This document shows positions 26,044 to 40,198 of a stretch of 64,000 nucleotides of DNA, in pieces. Within the stretch, counting starts at the first letter, position 1. Each line of letters begins with the position of its first letter. The position numbers were made by a program, and so were the translations under genes. Below the pieces are notes generated by a model, which was not told the origin of the DNA, did no database searches, and saw only the letters and a program-made list of their open reading frames with translations. Source of the stretch: Callorhinchus milii (lineage: Eukaryota); the NCBI RefSeq assembly GCF_018977255.1, contig NW_024704743.1, positions 8,930,001 to 8,994,000 of the forward strand, written 5' to 3'.

Positions 26044-27062
26044 GTCATCAGACTGGGAAAATGTTACCAGTGGAATTCCACAAGAGTCTGTTTTGGGATC
26101 TCTTTTGTTTAATGTATTTATAAATGATCTGGAACTAGGAATCACAAGCACAGTGGCTAAGTTTGCAGATGACACCAAGCTAATGAAGATGGTAGATTGC
26201 GAAGCTGAACAAGATAGATTACAGGAGGATTTGAACATACCTGGGAATTGGGCAGATCAGTGGCAGATGAAATTCAATGTGGAGAAATGTAAAGTACTTT
26301 ACACAGGAACAAATATTCCTGGAAGTGACTATTATTTGAATGGAAGGAAAATAATATGTATGGAAAATGAAAAGGACTTGGGGGCCCTGATTGACCATAA
26401 ATTGAAGCTCTCCCAACAATGCTCTGTGGCAGTGATTAAAGCAAACCAGATGGTGGTGTATCAAAAATCAATAGCAAGCCAAAATAGTGGGGTAATCCTA
26501 CCACTGTATAAATCATTGGTGAGACCGTATTTTGAGTACTGTGTACAGTTCTGGTCACCGCAGTACAAAAAGGATATTGGAGAAATCGAGAAGATACAGA
26601 GGAGAGCAACCAAATTGATTGAAGGAATGGAAGGACTGGACAATCAGGAGAAGTAAATTGGGCATGTTCAAGCTGGAAAAAAAGATTGAGAGGCGACATG
26701 ATTGCTGTCTTTAAGTTTCTAAAGGGGCAAGACAATATAGATCATGACAGGCTGTTTCAACTTGTCCAGAATAGTAAAACCAGAGGACACGGCCTGTGAT
26801 TGAAGGGGGTAAATTCAGAACTAATCTACACAAACACTATTTCAGTGAGAGAATAGTGAACCTATGGAACAGGCTCCCTAGGGAGACGGTTGAAGCAGGA
26901 AGTGTTGATTCTTTCAAACACAGATTAGATAGTTTTCTTTTAGGAAATAATATTATGGTGTATAGTACATAGGTAGTGTGGGCAACATGTGCCTGCGACC
27001 GCCAGGAAGGTGAATTAGATGGACCTTTGTCTTTTTCGTCTAGCATTTCTTATGTTCTTATG
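26044..27062 (+). mobile_element. 5'-truncated CR1 (RT C-terminus plus 3' UTR), second CR1 family
   Basis: ORF 26042-26656: SGIPQESVLGSLLFNVFINDL..KFADDTKL..WQMKFNVEKCKV; tail TTCTTATGTTCTTATG; 6-bp TSD TACATT at 26038-26043 and 27063-27068. Confidence 0.92.
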
Positions 27063-28870
27063 TACATTTGATATAGTACCTTATCATACCATTGAGATGT
27101 CTCAAAGCGTATGACAGAATATACTGTAAAGTGAATTGACTGTATATTTTGTGGGCGAAACTCTTTGAGACGTTTCAAATGTAAGTTTTATTGTATATTG
27201 AGCATATGTTAATTTAGTGATACATTCCATTTTTATTACATCATATGTGCCAGTGGTTGGGGTGGGGGGGGAAAGAGGAATATAAATTTACTTCTGACAC
27301 ACCCAGGGAACATTCAAAGTAATAAATATTGAATGCGTCACTAAATTGACCCCAATTTATCTTATGTATGGAAAAGTAGCAAAGTCCTGTCATGAAAATT
27401 AATTATTGAGTCCATCTTGTAATTTATTTTGTTATTATTTCCCTTACCTTTTTCTTTTCTCACAGAGTTCAACTTAGAGATGTATGTCCAGATCTTTAAT
27501 ATAGAATTGGACAGTGTTATAACACAGAGGGAGAGTATGCAGTCCTTCATGTTTGTACTGGGACCAGTTCTCTCACTTGAGCCATCAACTCTTATTCCTG
27601 TCCTATGCTCTTTCCATGTATTCCAATTTAATTTGTCGCAAGAGCCCTATAACACCCTGGAGCCATCATCCAGTAGCCTAGGGATACTGGGCTTCTAATC
27701 TTCATTCCTCCTAACAGGAAAGCACTCTAACCTTCTTTTCTACTGTTCCCTGGGCACCAACAAAAGTTGCTCCATCCCAACCCACCAAATCAATTTTAAT
27801 TTCTCTTTCCTGTAGCTCTGCACTTCTGCACTTTCTTTTTTGTTTGCCTTATGTTTGCACTTGATGTCTTTCTTTTCATTCACTTCCATTTCTCTATTTT
27901 CCATATTTTTGTCCATTTGTTTTCTCTCATTTCCCTCTTTCCCTCTTTCTTTATAATAAAATAATGATAGTGTTCCTTGCATTTGATATGATTTATTTTG
28001 TGTCAGGAGGACATCTCAACAATAACAACAGGTTGCATTTATGCAGCGCCTTTCTCACCGGATGACATGCCGGAACATTGTATAGTGACAGGATTAGATT
28101 CCAAGTCAGTGAGAAGCGGAAGGGGGCAGGCCATAGGTGTGGCTGAAGAAATAGGTCTTACCATGGGAATTAATAATAAGGTGGAGGAATTGAGGCAGGG
28201 TGTTCCAAAGCACTTCTCACTTCACAGGATATACTATAAAGTATAGTGACTGTGTACTTGGTCGACTGTGTATTTCTCATTCTTGCTTGATATCCTTCTG
28301 CATTATTCCTTCCGACGCTCCAATTTATTGCTTCTTGCACCTCTTGGTCCCCGGCATTGCCCATATTCCAGAGCAATCTAGGGAGATACCAGACAGAGAA
28401 GTGGGATGGTCTCTGGGTGGCACAAAGATCTAATTGAATGGTCAAAGAGGTGTTGCAATGTAACTTGTCTCAGGGGAAATGAATGGTGTGTGAGACTGGA
28501 CTAACAGTGTAAGAATTGCCTGGGAAAGATCGGGGTGGCAGCTGTAGCACAGAAGAAAAAAACAAAAGTACACTAGATGTATAAGCACAGTTATTTTTAT
28601 CTTGGCCTGTTGTTTGTTTTTAAATATCGAACTGGAATAAGGCCACAGTATTACTCCAAGCTGAGTAAAACTTTTGCTTGGACCACCCAGACACATTGTG
28701 CTCTGGCAGCCTCTTCCTATTCTCAATAAATATGGCACATGACATCCCCAGTTCAGTAGCCTCCACCAACAGTGGTAAATAAGTATATATTCCACAAAGG
28801 AATAACATGCAAATGCTGAATATGTTGGTCACAGGTGAGAGTCCATTGTAAAACCTTTGAAACCCTAAAG

Positions 28871-29340
28871 CAGTGGTACCAATTTCTATATAACCCGAGT
28901 CTACATTACGGTATATCATATCTCCATGAAGAGGGTGGTGAGAATGTGGAACTCACTGTTGGAGGCTATGGTTGAAACAAATGGCATCAAAGAATTTAAG
29001 AGAAAACATGATCCATATATGAGGGAAAAGGGATTAGAAGGGTATTGGACAGAGGAATAGGAGAGATGGGGCTCATGTGGAGTATAAATACTGGTATGAA
29101 TTAGTTGAGATGAATGACCTAGTTCTACACTGTAGCATTCTATGGTCACCTTTATGGTCAGCCAAAATATATATTTTGGATTGAATATTTCTTGATTTAT
29201 GCCATAAAAATCACGAGAAACTGAAAATACAACACCGATCAAACTTGGACTTACCCAGACTCTTGTGAATGTTCAGGTGGCCGCTTCTTGACGGCCCCGA
29301 GGCCAGGTCTGACCTACGGGCCACAGGTTGGTCACCACTG
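28871..29340. mobile_element. hAT-like MITE containing a CR1 3' fragment (~28920-29145, +)
   Basis: TIRs CAGTGGTACCAA..TTGGTCACCACTG and subterminal CGGGCCACAGG. TSD is not convincingly preserved. Confidence 0.55.
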
Positions 29341-29631
29341 CTATACAACAACAACAACTTTAGCATTTATGTAGCCCCCTTCACATGTGTGGCATCTCAG
29401 AGTGCATATAGTAGTGGAGTTTGACACTGAGCAGGGGAGAGGGGGAGGTAACCGTCAATGTGTTCTACATAATTCTAATCAATGAAACTCAATAGATGGC
29501 ACTAATCTTAGAAGCTCAGGGAAGTTCTTCTGAGCTCATTGATAAATTTGGGATTATTTAGAAAGATATAAACACCAGCACATGCTTGTTTTCATGCTGC
29601 GATGTTCTCTGAAATCCTACATAATAAATTT

Positions 29632-29984
29632 AATAATAATAATACTAATCCTTGCATTTGATATAGCACCTTATCACGTCTTTGAGACACCTCAAAGAGC
29701 TTCAAAGAACATACTGTAAAGTGAATTGACTGTATATTTTTATGGGTGAAACACAGCAGCCAATTGCGTACAGTCGTGGATTGAGTGACCAATCTTTTTT
29801 TAAGGAATTATTACCTCCAGAAAAGCGATCCGCTAATTGACGAACATCCAGGTTCCTACTTACTGCTAGATAAACAGAGGCGTGTGAAGTTAGGAAACTT
29901 GCCCAACATTTCGCTCTGCTAGAAATCAAATCTGGATCTCTCGCTTACAAGGCGAGTGCTCTAACTACTGAGCTACAGGATTCC
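29632..29984 (-). mobile_element. Family A SINE, long variant, full length
   Basis: GGAATCCTGTAGCTCAGTAGTTAGAGCACTCGCC head (A box), body, Deu domain and (ATT)n tail. Confidence 0.9.
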
Positions 29985-30474
29985 ACATTTAACAAATTTC
30001 TTTGGCATTACCGAATTTCTGAAACATTTCCACGTTTTAGAAATAATTACACATTTCTTCACAATAAATCTGCTCAGACATGTTGCAAATTATTCCCAAC
30101 TGTTTTGCAATAGCTTTCCTTTCATCCTGGTATATTGTATCTGTTTATTGAAAGAGTGGAAGCCAGAATATACTAAACAATATTATAAATTCAGGTTTTT
30201 GTGTCTGGAAGGGAAAGGATAATAATAATACAGTAATATAATAATCTTTGCATTTGTAATGATCATTAAAATCTAATATTATAGTGTTATTTGAACTACT
30301 GTGGAGAACAATTTACAATATGAACAGCAATTTTCACAAAGAAGAACATTTCAAAGTACTTCACATAATCTGAAATCCCTCTGCCTCACCCTTCTCTCTC
30401 TACATTCAAAACTTAAAAAAGAATCTCTCTTCCCACTGCCTAATGATACAGTGCTTTCCTTTCAGGTTAGGAGT

Positions 30475-30792
30475 AATAATAATAATCCTTGCATTTGATA
30501 CAGCACCTTATCACATCGTTGAGACGTCTCAAAACCCTTCACAGAATACTGTAAAGTGGATTGACTGTGTATTTTGTGGGTGGAACATGACAGCCAATTG
30601 CTCACAACAGTGTCCCACAAACAGTCGTGGATTTTTTTTGAGGGATTATTACTCCTGGAAAGCGATCCACCAATTGACTAACAACCAGGTTCCTACTTTA
30701 CTGCTAAGTAAACAGGGGCATGTAAGGTGAAGAAACTTGCCTAAGGTTTCGCCATGCCCGGGAATCGAGCCTGGGTAATGTCGCTTGCTCTA
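30475..30792 (-). mobile_element. Family A SINE, long variant
   Basis: Aligns by eye to 29632-29984. Confidence 0.85.
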
Positions 30793-32931
30793 CCAATTCC
30801 CTGTTAAGGGTAGTAATTGTAGGCAAATCCACCTAATATTATGGTTAATATTGCAGCCAGCCTGGACTGTACTGGATCTATTATCCAATATCATCTATTC
30901 TCTATTGTTTCCGTGGTTACCTGTGGGCACTAAATAAATGAGTGAGTGAATAATTTGGATATTGCAGTCACGCCTGATATAATACATTTTAAATAAATTT
31001 TAAGATAGATTTATCAGAAGCAGCTACACCATCTATTAATTGTGGAGATATAGTACAGAAAATTTCTTAGAGAATTTTTCTGCTTTTAAACATTTTTTTT
31101 GTCGGAAAGAGAATGTGAAATACTGAATATAGTCCAATGGGTTTTTGACCTCTGAAAACATAGGCAAAGATGACCATTGAGATGAAACAGTGCAGTGTTA
31201 TTTGATCTACTGTGGAGAATATGCTACAATAATAAGACTAACAATTTGTACTAAAATAGCATCTTTCAGATAGAACATCTCAAGGAGAAAAGTTCAAAGT
31301 TTCACCCTTTAAATCCCTCCATGGTCTTGCCCCACCCTAAATCTGCGATCTCCATTCCGTCTTGGGAGGAGGTAATTTTTTGGGTCAGCCAGGTGTCTGA
31401 CACATGTGGAAATCCATCATCATACTTAAGAGTATCCAAACCAAACTGCGATTTCCATGCATCCCACCTCCACATGGGAATGAAGCAGGATCTACTTGCT
31501 GGTCTCCCCAGCTCCACCATTCACAAAATCCAACTGCCGTATAGCTACCCGTACCAATTTTGAGTGAGGAAAGGGAGAGGTTGTTAACATTGGTTAGTCG
31601 GTGGTAGTGGGGTGGGGTGGTGGTGGGGAAGTGGAGAGAAGCAACAGCTGGGTATACAGTGATATTGTACGGATGAGGGGTCAAGGGAGCAGGTAGTGGG
31701 TTTTGTGCGAGAGATGAGGGAGGAGAGAGATGAAGGGGAACAGGGTCAAAGGTGTGGTGGAGGATGTGAAAGCAACGGAAGAGGGGGAGATTGGAGAAGT
31801 GCAGTGGTGGAGGCAGCTGAGAGGAGCTTGTTTTAGACAGCTAAATAAAAGAACTGCATCAGGGAAAAGAAGAGGAGTTCTCAGTAACTAGTTACTGCTG
31901 CACCCACAGGGTTGGTCATTAGATGACAACGTGTGATTTGTGTAGCACCAATTGCGTGCTTGAAACAGTAAGCAATTGGTACTGCTGGTGGGTAAAGGGA
32001 CTGGAGAAGACATTACAATCTCTCACAATTAAATTGCTAGGTATTTCTTATAAAGTTCCACATCAGTCGAAAGGTTGACACCTTGGAGGGTGTACTTCTC
32101 TCTAATAGGACTTATTTGGATTCCTGTATTACCTGATAAAGATAGCTGGACATCTTATTAGACAGAAGCAAATAACAGCTACACAGTCTTGTTTCGGAAA
32201 CATCTTTGGGGAGCTGCTATAAATAGAAGAAAATGCATAACACATAGAGTGTCAAGTGTAAGGACGGCTTCATCAATTATTAGTTACCTGGATAATCTGA
32301 GACAATCACATTACAAGGTTCTAGCAGTCAAGCATAACCTGAAATCATGGAGACTGTTTGTACAGAACTGTGGTGTCAGGGGGTGGCTTAGTACCTTTAT
32401 ACTAGTCTCCTGGGTAAAATAGAGAAAGGAGGAATCATATGCAACACCTCTCTTGCACTCCATGATCAGGTCAGGGCACAAAGCATCGTGATGAGGTGGG
32501 TCAGCTGTAGAGGGATTTAAACTAACATAAAAGGAGTGTGCCAAGCATGTTTGGAGTTTACATTTTTCGCATGTGTCTTGAGGGAGATTTGTGACCACAT
32601 TTTTCCTGTGGGAAATGTAACAGCGATTGAGATTCTATAGGCAATGACTTTGCTGCTGCTGAAAATGTAGCTGCCAAGTTAGGGCATGGAAGAAAGTCAA
32701 ACAAATAAGATCATTTTACAAAACAACTTAGCAAGATTGGAGTGCTATATGCAAGTAAATCCTTTTTGTAGATACACAAAATATGTGACTAAATGTACTG
32801 TATGTATTGGCAACCAGTCCACATTGCTGAGCCAAATAGAGTTCAGCAGGTCTGGATTGGGACACACATAACTACCATTTTCCATGATTAGAGGAAAATC
32901 TGTATACACTTGCACAACAACTTGGATTTAT

Positions 32932-33200
32932 ACAACAACAACAATTTGCATATATATAACATCTTCGGGAGGATGTTGCAATGCCCTTCAAACTGCTGAC
33001 GGATAGGCTGACGTAGGCGTAGATGAGTGGGAGGGGGAAGTGGCCAAAATAAAAGATAGAATTTGAGATGGATTTTGAAGGTGAAGAGAGAGGGACCAGC
33101 CGGAGGGATTTGGGGATAGGGTTCCAGACAACAGAGTAGAATGACTGAAAGCTCATTCCCAATTGTGGGGCAGAGTCGGCGAGGGGATGGGGGAGGTGGG
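32932..33200 (-). mobile_element. L2 3' fragment
   Basis: (CAA)n followed by L2-type tail and 3' region. Confidence 0.65.
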
Positions 33201-35700
33201 GGGAGTGGAGTGTGAAGTTGGCCAGTGAATGCTAAATGGAGAAATGGAGACAATGGCTGTTGCAGTATGGTGTTTAGAGCACCTTCTATTTAACATTTTT
33301 CACAAAGGATGGTAGTTTTAACTGTAAAGGGGAGATCAGTATTGGTGTTTAATCACAAATTTATTTAAATGATTGTTTTGCATTTAAGTTAAGAGGAGAC
33401 CATTGTAAGCAACAATAACGACATGTGGTTGAATAATGAATTGAGCTCTATTGATTCAATCATAATAAAATAATCCTTAATTTGGTGTAGCATCTTTCAG
33501 GTCGATAGATTGTTCCAAACTATGTGTTTTGTGGGCAGCCAATTTATGCACAGCAATATCCGATAATCAGCCAAGAAGTGAATGACTAATTTTGTTTTGG
33601 GGGTTTGTTACTGGGTCAGCATTTGAGCGATACATCAGGACCTAAGCTGGGTTATGTAAGTCTATTAGAATTTAACAGTCACTGAAACATCTTCCTCCCT
33701 CTCTTCCTCTATTTAATATTTGCCTTTAAAGTACACAACCACTAAATAACTTTACAGTAAATCTTGTGAATTATTTTGAGATATTCTTCTGACATGAATG
33801 GTGTTATATCAAAAGGGAATTCGATATTTATTTAAAAAATTGCAAGATTACGGCGGGAGAGTGTGGGAGTGGGACTAGTTGGATAGTTCTTTCAAAGAGC
33901 CGCACAGGCATAATGGGACGAATGGCCTTCTCTGTGCTATAGGATTCTATGATTCTATGAAATGCCAGGAATATTATTTGAAACTGGTAGCTCTAGCTAA
34001 TTATTGACCAATTTGTTTGAATTGAGAAGGTGGTGGAGATGAAATGTCAGAGTAACACATTGGTGTTCAACACATTGTCCCACAGAATAGAAGAATGGGT
34101 TTACACTTAACATTTCTAACATGTTTACAATCTCAGCAATGCTAGTGTGGAGCGAGGAGGATGGGAAAATTATACAGAGATGGGGAATTTCTCTCCAGAG
34201 AGGATGGAAAACTGAAGGTTGAATAATTCTGAAACACACCAACATTGCACTTCTCAGGGTCTGATGTGAGAGCTACATTGGCAGAAAACTAAGCAAAGGT
34301 GACCTTCCTACACTCCTGGTTAGGGACAGTGTGTGCTGCATGGAATCCAAACAGAGCTGTATTGCCGATGGATGGAAGAAAAAAGTGTAAACAAGTCTGC
34401 AGTTGTTGCATTGCATTATGACGATAGCAGCAATAACGAGGAAAGCAAAAGTCCATAATTCACTGAGGCTTTCCTTTGACATATGCCACGACAATTAGCT
34501 TGTTCCATTACAGCAGAAGTCAGAGCTAATGGATACATACATGACTGTCTTTGATTTGGTGATGCCTCAGGCATCGTCTCATCCAAAGTCACTTGGGTTC
34601 CTTGTCTTTAGAATAAAGAAGTCTGTCTCAATGAAGCATGCACTCCCTCACCTACTGACCCACTGGCCTAGTTCTGGGTCAGCAAAGGTTGAGCTTCAGA
34701 GTTCAATAATACATCTTTGGATTTGAAACATGCAGATTCCTTAAGGTGCATGAGAATCTCTATCTTCACCAAAGTTATACCTTTGTCTCTCAAGAAAGCA
34801 GAAACTATTTACAAAATCAGCTAAGAACAAAATTATAGGATTTATTGGTTAATCATTCAGATGCCCCTATAATTCAAAGAAATATTCTGGTTTTATTTTT
34901 CTTTCAATTTTATTTCCGGTTTACTCCTACATATGAGCTACAATTCTGTTCTGTGTGCAGCTGTGCTTCAGACTACCCAGCTCCAAGTACTGGGAACAAT
35001 AATAATTGTTGCATTTGACACAATGCCTTTCACATCAGAGGATGTCTTAAAGGTTTTTAGAGGGTTAACCGTAAAAATAAAGAACAATAATCCTTGCATT
35101 TGACATAGCGCCTTAGCACGTCTTCGAGACTTCTCAAAGGGCTTCATAGAATATACCATAAAGTGAATTGACTGTATATTTTGTGGGCGAAATTGAAATT
35201 CTATAGTCATATAAATTCTATAACCGTAAAGCGTAGTGACTGTGTATTTCTGTAGGCAAACATTACATCTCCAATCAAAGGAGAACATACAGAAGCAGGG
35301 TTTATGTTTGACAGTTCTGGAGTGAGTAATCTCTCCTGCAAGGTGTAAAAGAAGGAAAGTGGGTGGGGGGGTCCTTTGAGGGGATGGCGGACAGGGAGTC
35401 ACCCTAGATGCCTGTGGCCACACAACAGGAATGGCAGTTGTTAGAAGCCAGGGCAAATTTGACACAAAAATGTGTATTGGAATACTACTGAAATGGAACT
35501 CACTATAGCTGCGTCGCTCACCAGTATGAGACAGGTGTATGGTGAGTAATACAGCAACTTACAAAGGGTGTGAGTGAGTGTGTTGCCACCACCCACCACA
35601 CCACAGCCAGGAAACACACACACAATTAGACTTTGAACACTAACCCCGCCAGATGGTAGCTTCAACAGAATTGCTTAGCGCTGTGCATACCAACCAAGGT

Positions 35701-36167
35701 ATAATAATAAAATAATAATAATCCTTGCATTTGATATAGCACCTTTCACATCTTCTAGAGTCTCAAAGCGCTTCACAGAAAAAACTGTAAAGTGAATTTG
35801 TGGGCGAAATGCGGCAGCCAATTGTGCACAACAGTGTCCCACGAACAGTCATGGATTGAGTGACCAAATTATTCTTTTTAACTTTTTTTCTTGAGGGATT
35901 ATTATCAGGCATGTGAAGTAAGGAAACTTGCCCAAGGTTTCGACCAGGAAGGAATCAACAACAACACCAACAACAACAACAACTTGCACTTATATAGCAC
36001 CCTCCACGCTTGATCGCTCTGAGATACTACCCTGTGTGAAGTGCAAGTTGCTGTTGTTGTTGATCGAACCCAGGTCAAATCAATTAATTAATTTATGCTT
36101 TGCCTCATAATCGAACTCGGGTCGCTTCCTTGTGAGGGGAGTGCTCTAACCACTGAGCTACAGGACT
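35701..36167 (-). mobile_element. Family A SINE, short variant, with a palindromic insertion in the head
   Basis: Tail at 35701, head AGTCCTGTAGCTCAGTGGTTAGAGCAC at ~36167, interrupted at ~35956-36110. Confidence 0.85.
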
Positions 36168-37639
36168 TTAGGTAGCCACTAAATCGCAGACTTAACAACT
36201 TGCACTTAAATACTGTAAGGCCTGATACATGGAATGAATGTCTTCAAGCACTACATAAGAACATTTGCTCCGAATACACAGTCTATATAATACCTTCCAG
36301 CAGCCAGCACCCCGGTTCTCACAGCTTTGTCATGAGGTTTTTGATGAACATTGACGTGACTTGGCCATAAGCAACTCCATTACCTAAGCAGTAAAGGAAG
36401 GTCTGTACTATTAGGTTTAGTGTGGCTGACCTTAAAGCTGTCAGCAGTTGCCCAAGAAGAAATCACAAGATCACAAAATTAGTTTGGATAAAGTAGGGCC
36501 TTTGGCCGATTCCATCTCATCCTTTTAGATTATCCATCCATCCTCTCATTACGCCCCAAACATGAATTGGTACCCATATAATCTAGGCTGACTCTCCAGT
36601 TCAGTGCTGTGGTGCGCTGGATTATTGGAGGTCCAATCCTTCAGATGAGACATTACACTGAAGCTCTGTCTGCCGGTTCAGGTAGACTTCAAAGATCCCC
36701 TTGGACTGTTCAAAAACCTCCAACCCCAACCCATCTAGAGGCCTGCTGAAAAAATGAATGAGAACACATTCAACCAACACAAGAAAATATGAGTGGTGAA
36801 CAGCCCTGGGACATGAACTGCTGACATTTTGGTTGGGAAGCTAAGTGCTCAATTATGTTAGCTACTAAGTGGACTACTTTGTTTTGTAATACTCAGAAAA
36901 CTCATAGCATTTATCAATAAGGTCCAGAATAGAGTAAAGAGCAAATCAAGAAAATTGTACTGCAAAGCAATAACTGCTGCAAAACCAGTTTATATAAAAC
37001 TTTCATTTGCATTCTTATTAAATTACTAAATGATTATACAATGAATAAACCCATCCTGTAAAGCAGAAGTATTTACCACAGAAAAAGAATGCATTTTATT
37101 TGAAAATCATATGCTTTCCTTCCTATTATTTGATGTTTCTAATCAACCCTGTATATACGTTAGGTGATATAGTACAACAGTGTAGATATATTTTTAAATG
37201 GCATGTATCTGGTATTATATATACAGCACATCATTGTTCATGCATTTAGGGATTTTACGTACATGGCATGAACATGATAGACTAACCAGTCATATCAGGT
37301 CATTAATAACCATTCAGAGTTCAAGATAAAGGTTGGTCATTACTTTTGAGAACTATTAATGATGACAACTTCATTGACATTTTATCATATTGTATTTCAA
37401 CCATGTATAAATATTATTGATAAATACTGCGTTTGGTAAAAGCTATTTATCAGGACAAAGAGCAAATCCAGAAAACCATATTACTCTGCCACAGCTGTTG
37501 CTGAACCATTGCAAAGCAGGTTAAGCTTTTATTTAAAGTCCTTATTAAGTAAAACATGATATAAACATTCTGTTCTATAGGATCAACGCATTAAAATTAA
37601 TTCCTTCTTTTTTTGTCCCACAGCTTCCCTTATAAATTA

Positions 37640-37958
37640 ATAATTGTTCTGTTTGATATAGCGTCTTATCACGTCAAAACATCTCAAAGGGCCTCACGCA
37701 GTTTTTCTGTGAAGCATAATGATGGTATAATCGCAGGTGAGTTCGGCAGCCAATTTGTGCACAGCAATGTCCCACAAACAGCCATGAAGTGAATGATCAT
37801 TTTTTTATCTGGGGGATAATTGGCCAGGACACTGGTAGAAAGTCCCTTCCCTTTTTAAATAGTGCCATGGGATCTTTATTAACATGAACACGCAGATTGA
37901 ACCTCGGTTTAACATCTCATCCGAAGGATGGTGCCTCCGACAATGCAATGCTCCCCCA
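37640..37958 (-). mobile_element. Family B DeuSINE fragment
   Basis: Deu domain and AGTGCCATGGGATCTTT body. Confidence 0.75.
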
Positions 37959-39839
37959 GGCCCTAGGCACAAGTTAGGAAATGGATGGAAATGCTGCTCA
38001 GTAAGATTCTTTTCAGCTTTGCAAAAACACCCACAATGAAAATACTGCTCAAACCCCGCTTCATTACCATCCGCCTGCACTAAGCTGGCTACAACCTCCT
38101 GCACATCCCTCATCCCCTCTGCTCCACCATCAGTGGGTGTGCTTTCAGCCACCACACTCCAAAACTATTGAACTCTCTGCTTCAATCCCTCCGCCTTGCA
38201 TCCTCCTTGCCCATTTCAGATTCATCCATAAAATATACAGTCAATTCACTTTACAATATATTCAGTATATTGCAGTATATACAGTGAAGCGCTTTGAGAA
38301 TTCTCGAAGTTGTGATAAGGCACTATATCAAATGCAAGGATATTATTATTATTATTATTCAGATCACACCTAAAAACCTTCCTCTTTGATTGTGCCTCTG
38401 ATCACCTCCCCTTTCTCCCAGGCTCAACGTCAAGCTTTGCCGCTATTAAGCGCACCCATCGTGAAGAGTGCTATATAATTGTAACTTGTTGTTGTTGAAG
38501 GCAATAAACTTTGCAGCTCATTTAATAGCTGCACTTTCCTTCAGTTTAATAAAATAAGAATCAGCTCCATATTGCCGAAGGTACGATCGATCAGAAAATC
38601 CACTCGCAGAGTGTCACGGCATCCTGCTTTGCCAATATTTGTGAACTCCATGGTGCTGTAATATGTTGGGGAGCTGCTGCCTGGAATTTCAGTGTTAGAC
38701 ACCTGTGGTGTTACATGCTGCCGTACCTTCAATGGTCTCCAAGTGTAACTTATGGAGTTCACACATCAAGTGGTTGCAACTGTGCGAAAGCACGGTGAGA
38801 GGCTCTGCATATCGAATAAATCCACTCCTAAATGATGAGAGACAACGGGACATTTAGTGAATTTATAGACTAAATGGATCAAATTTGTAAAACTTTCAGT
38901 GGGACAGTGAATTCACTTGATGTCTTCCTGTCTCCAATTGTTGCTGAACATGTTAATCAGATACAGTACCTAGCAACCATCACCGGTACCTGTGCAGTAT
39001 TTTGCAAATACTATTCTCTTCTCTGTCTGAATCCAATACTCCTCACATTCACTTACAGTTACTGTTTTTCCCACAAGTGGAGACTAAAGTGGGAGATTCT
39101 AAAGTGCCTGAGATCTGCATTCTGTCCACACCCCTGCACTGAGCCCATTATTGTTTTTTTGGGACTTGCAGTGAAATAAAACCGTATTTGGGATTTACTG
39201 AACACAAAGCTAAGATAATATTTGGCTGCTGACTTCACGTTTCTCCTGATGGTTAAAGTCAGGAAATGCCGAGCTGCCTGCTGAGCAATACATTATTAAT
39301 GTCTGATGGATTCTGTTCCGTGCCATTGCAGAGTCCGTGATCTGCACAGCAGCTGTCTGAGAGCCAGACTTCTTTCCCCTCTTAGTCATCATTCCAAAAA
39401 AGGGTGCAGAACACCATTGTTAGCTTTCAGCACCACATCCTTTATAATGAATCACACACCCAGCATCCTCCGACATATAAAATAATTTAAAGAGAATTAG
39501 CTTTTTGCCAATGGCAAAGAAGAGATGAATGATGCATTATTTTCTAACAGTTGGATCGGGACAGAAGATTGCATGAAATTATTACATCTCAATTCAAAGT
39601 GCTATCTATAAGACATGTTCTTTTATATAAATTACCATGGAAGCAAATTGCAATTCATTTCAAAGTTCTGTTTTTTTCCTGCTTGAAACAAACTTCTGGC
39701 CTATTGGCTTTCTAAACCATGTCTTTTCTTTGCTGAATGCCCATTTTTGCTGAAAGTCTGTGCTATGATTTGCAGCTGAAAGTCTATGCGTTTGATGAAT
39801 CCTAACAAGTATTTGGCACTCTGTGGTGTGGTTTACAAA

Positions 39840-40198
39840 TGATAATAATCATCCTTGCATTTAATATAGCACCTTTTCACATTGTTGTGACGTCTCAAAG
39901 CGCTGTCTCAGATTATATTGTAAACTGAATTGACTGTATATTTTGTGGGCAAAGCGCAGCAGTCCCACCAATAGTCGTAGATTGAATCATCAAATTATTA
40001 TTTATTTATTTTGAAGAGATTATTACCGCTGGAAAAGTGAACCGCCAATCGACTAACATCCGGGTTCCTACTTACGGCTAGGTAAACAGAGGCGTGTGGA
40101 GTAAGAAAACTTGCCTAAGGTCACGCCCCGGCCGGGAATCAAATTCATGTCCTCTCGCTTGCGAGGCGAGTACTCTAACCAATATGTTATAGGACTCC
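39840..40198 (-). mobile_element. Family A SINE, long variant, full length
   Basis: GGAGTCCTATAAC head, CGCCTCTGTTTACCTAGC segment and tail. Confidence 0.88.

Noticed and set aside
27440..27540. Splice-like signals on both strands
   Set aside because: No recognisable peptide and no consistent acceptor/donor pair.
34350..34500. Faint hAT-transposase-like words (IADGW, VVA..RKAK)
   Set aside because: They require several assumed frameshifts and the spacing is wrong; not supportable by eye.
38762..38779. Minus-strand LQPLDV, a pogo/Tigger DDE-like motif
   Set aside because: Only six residues, followed by stops, with no other transposase motifs or TIRs found.
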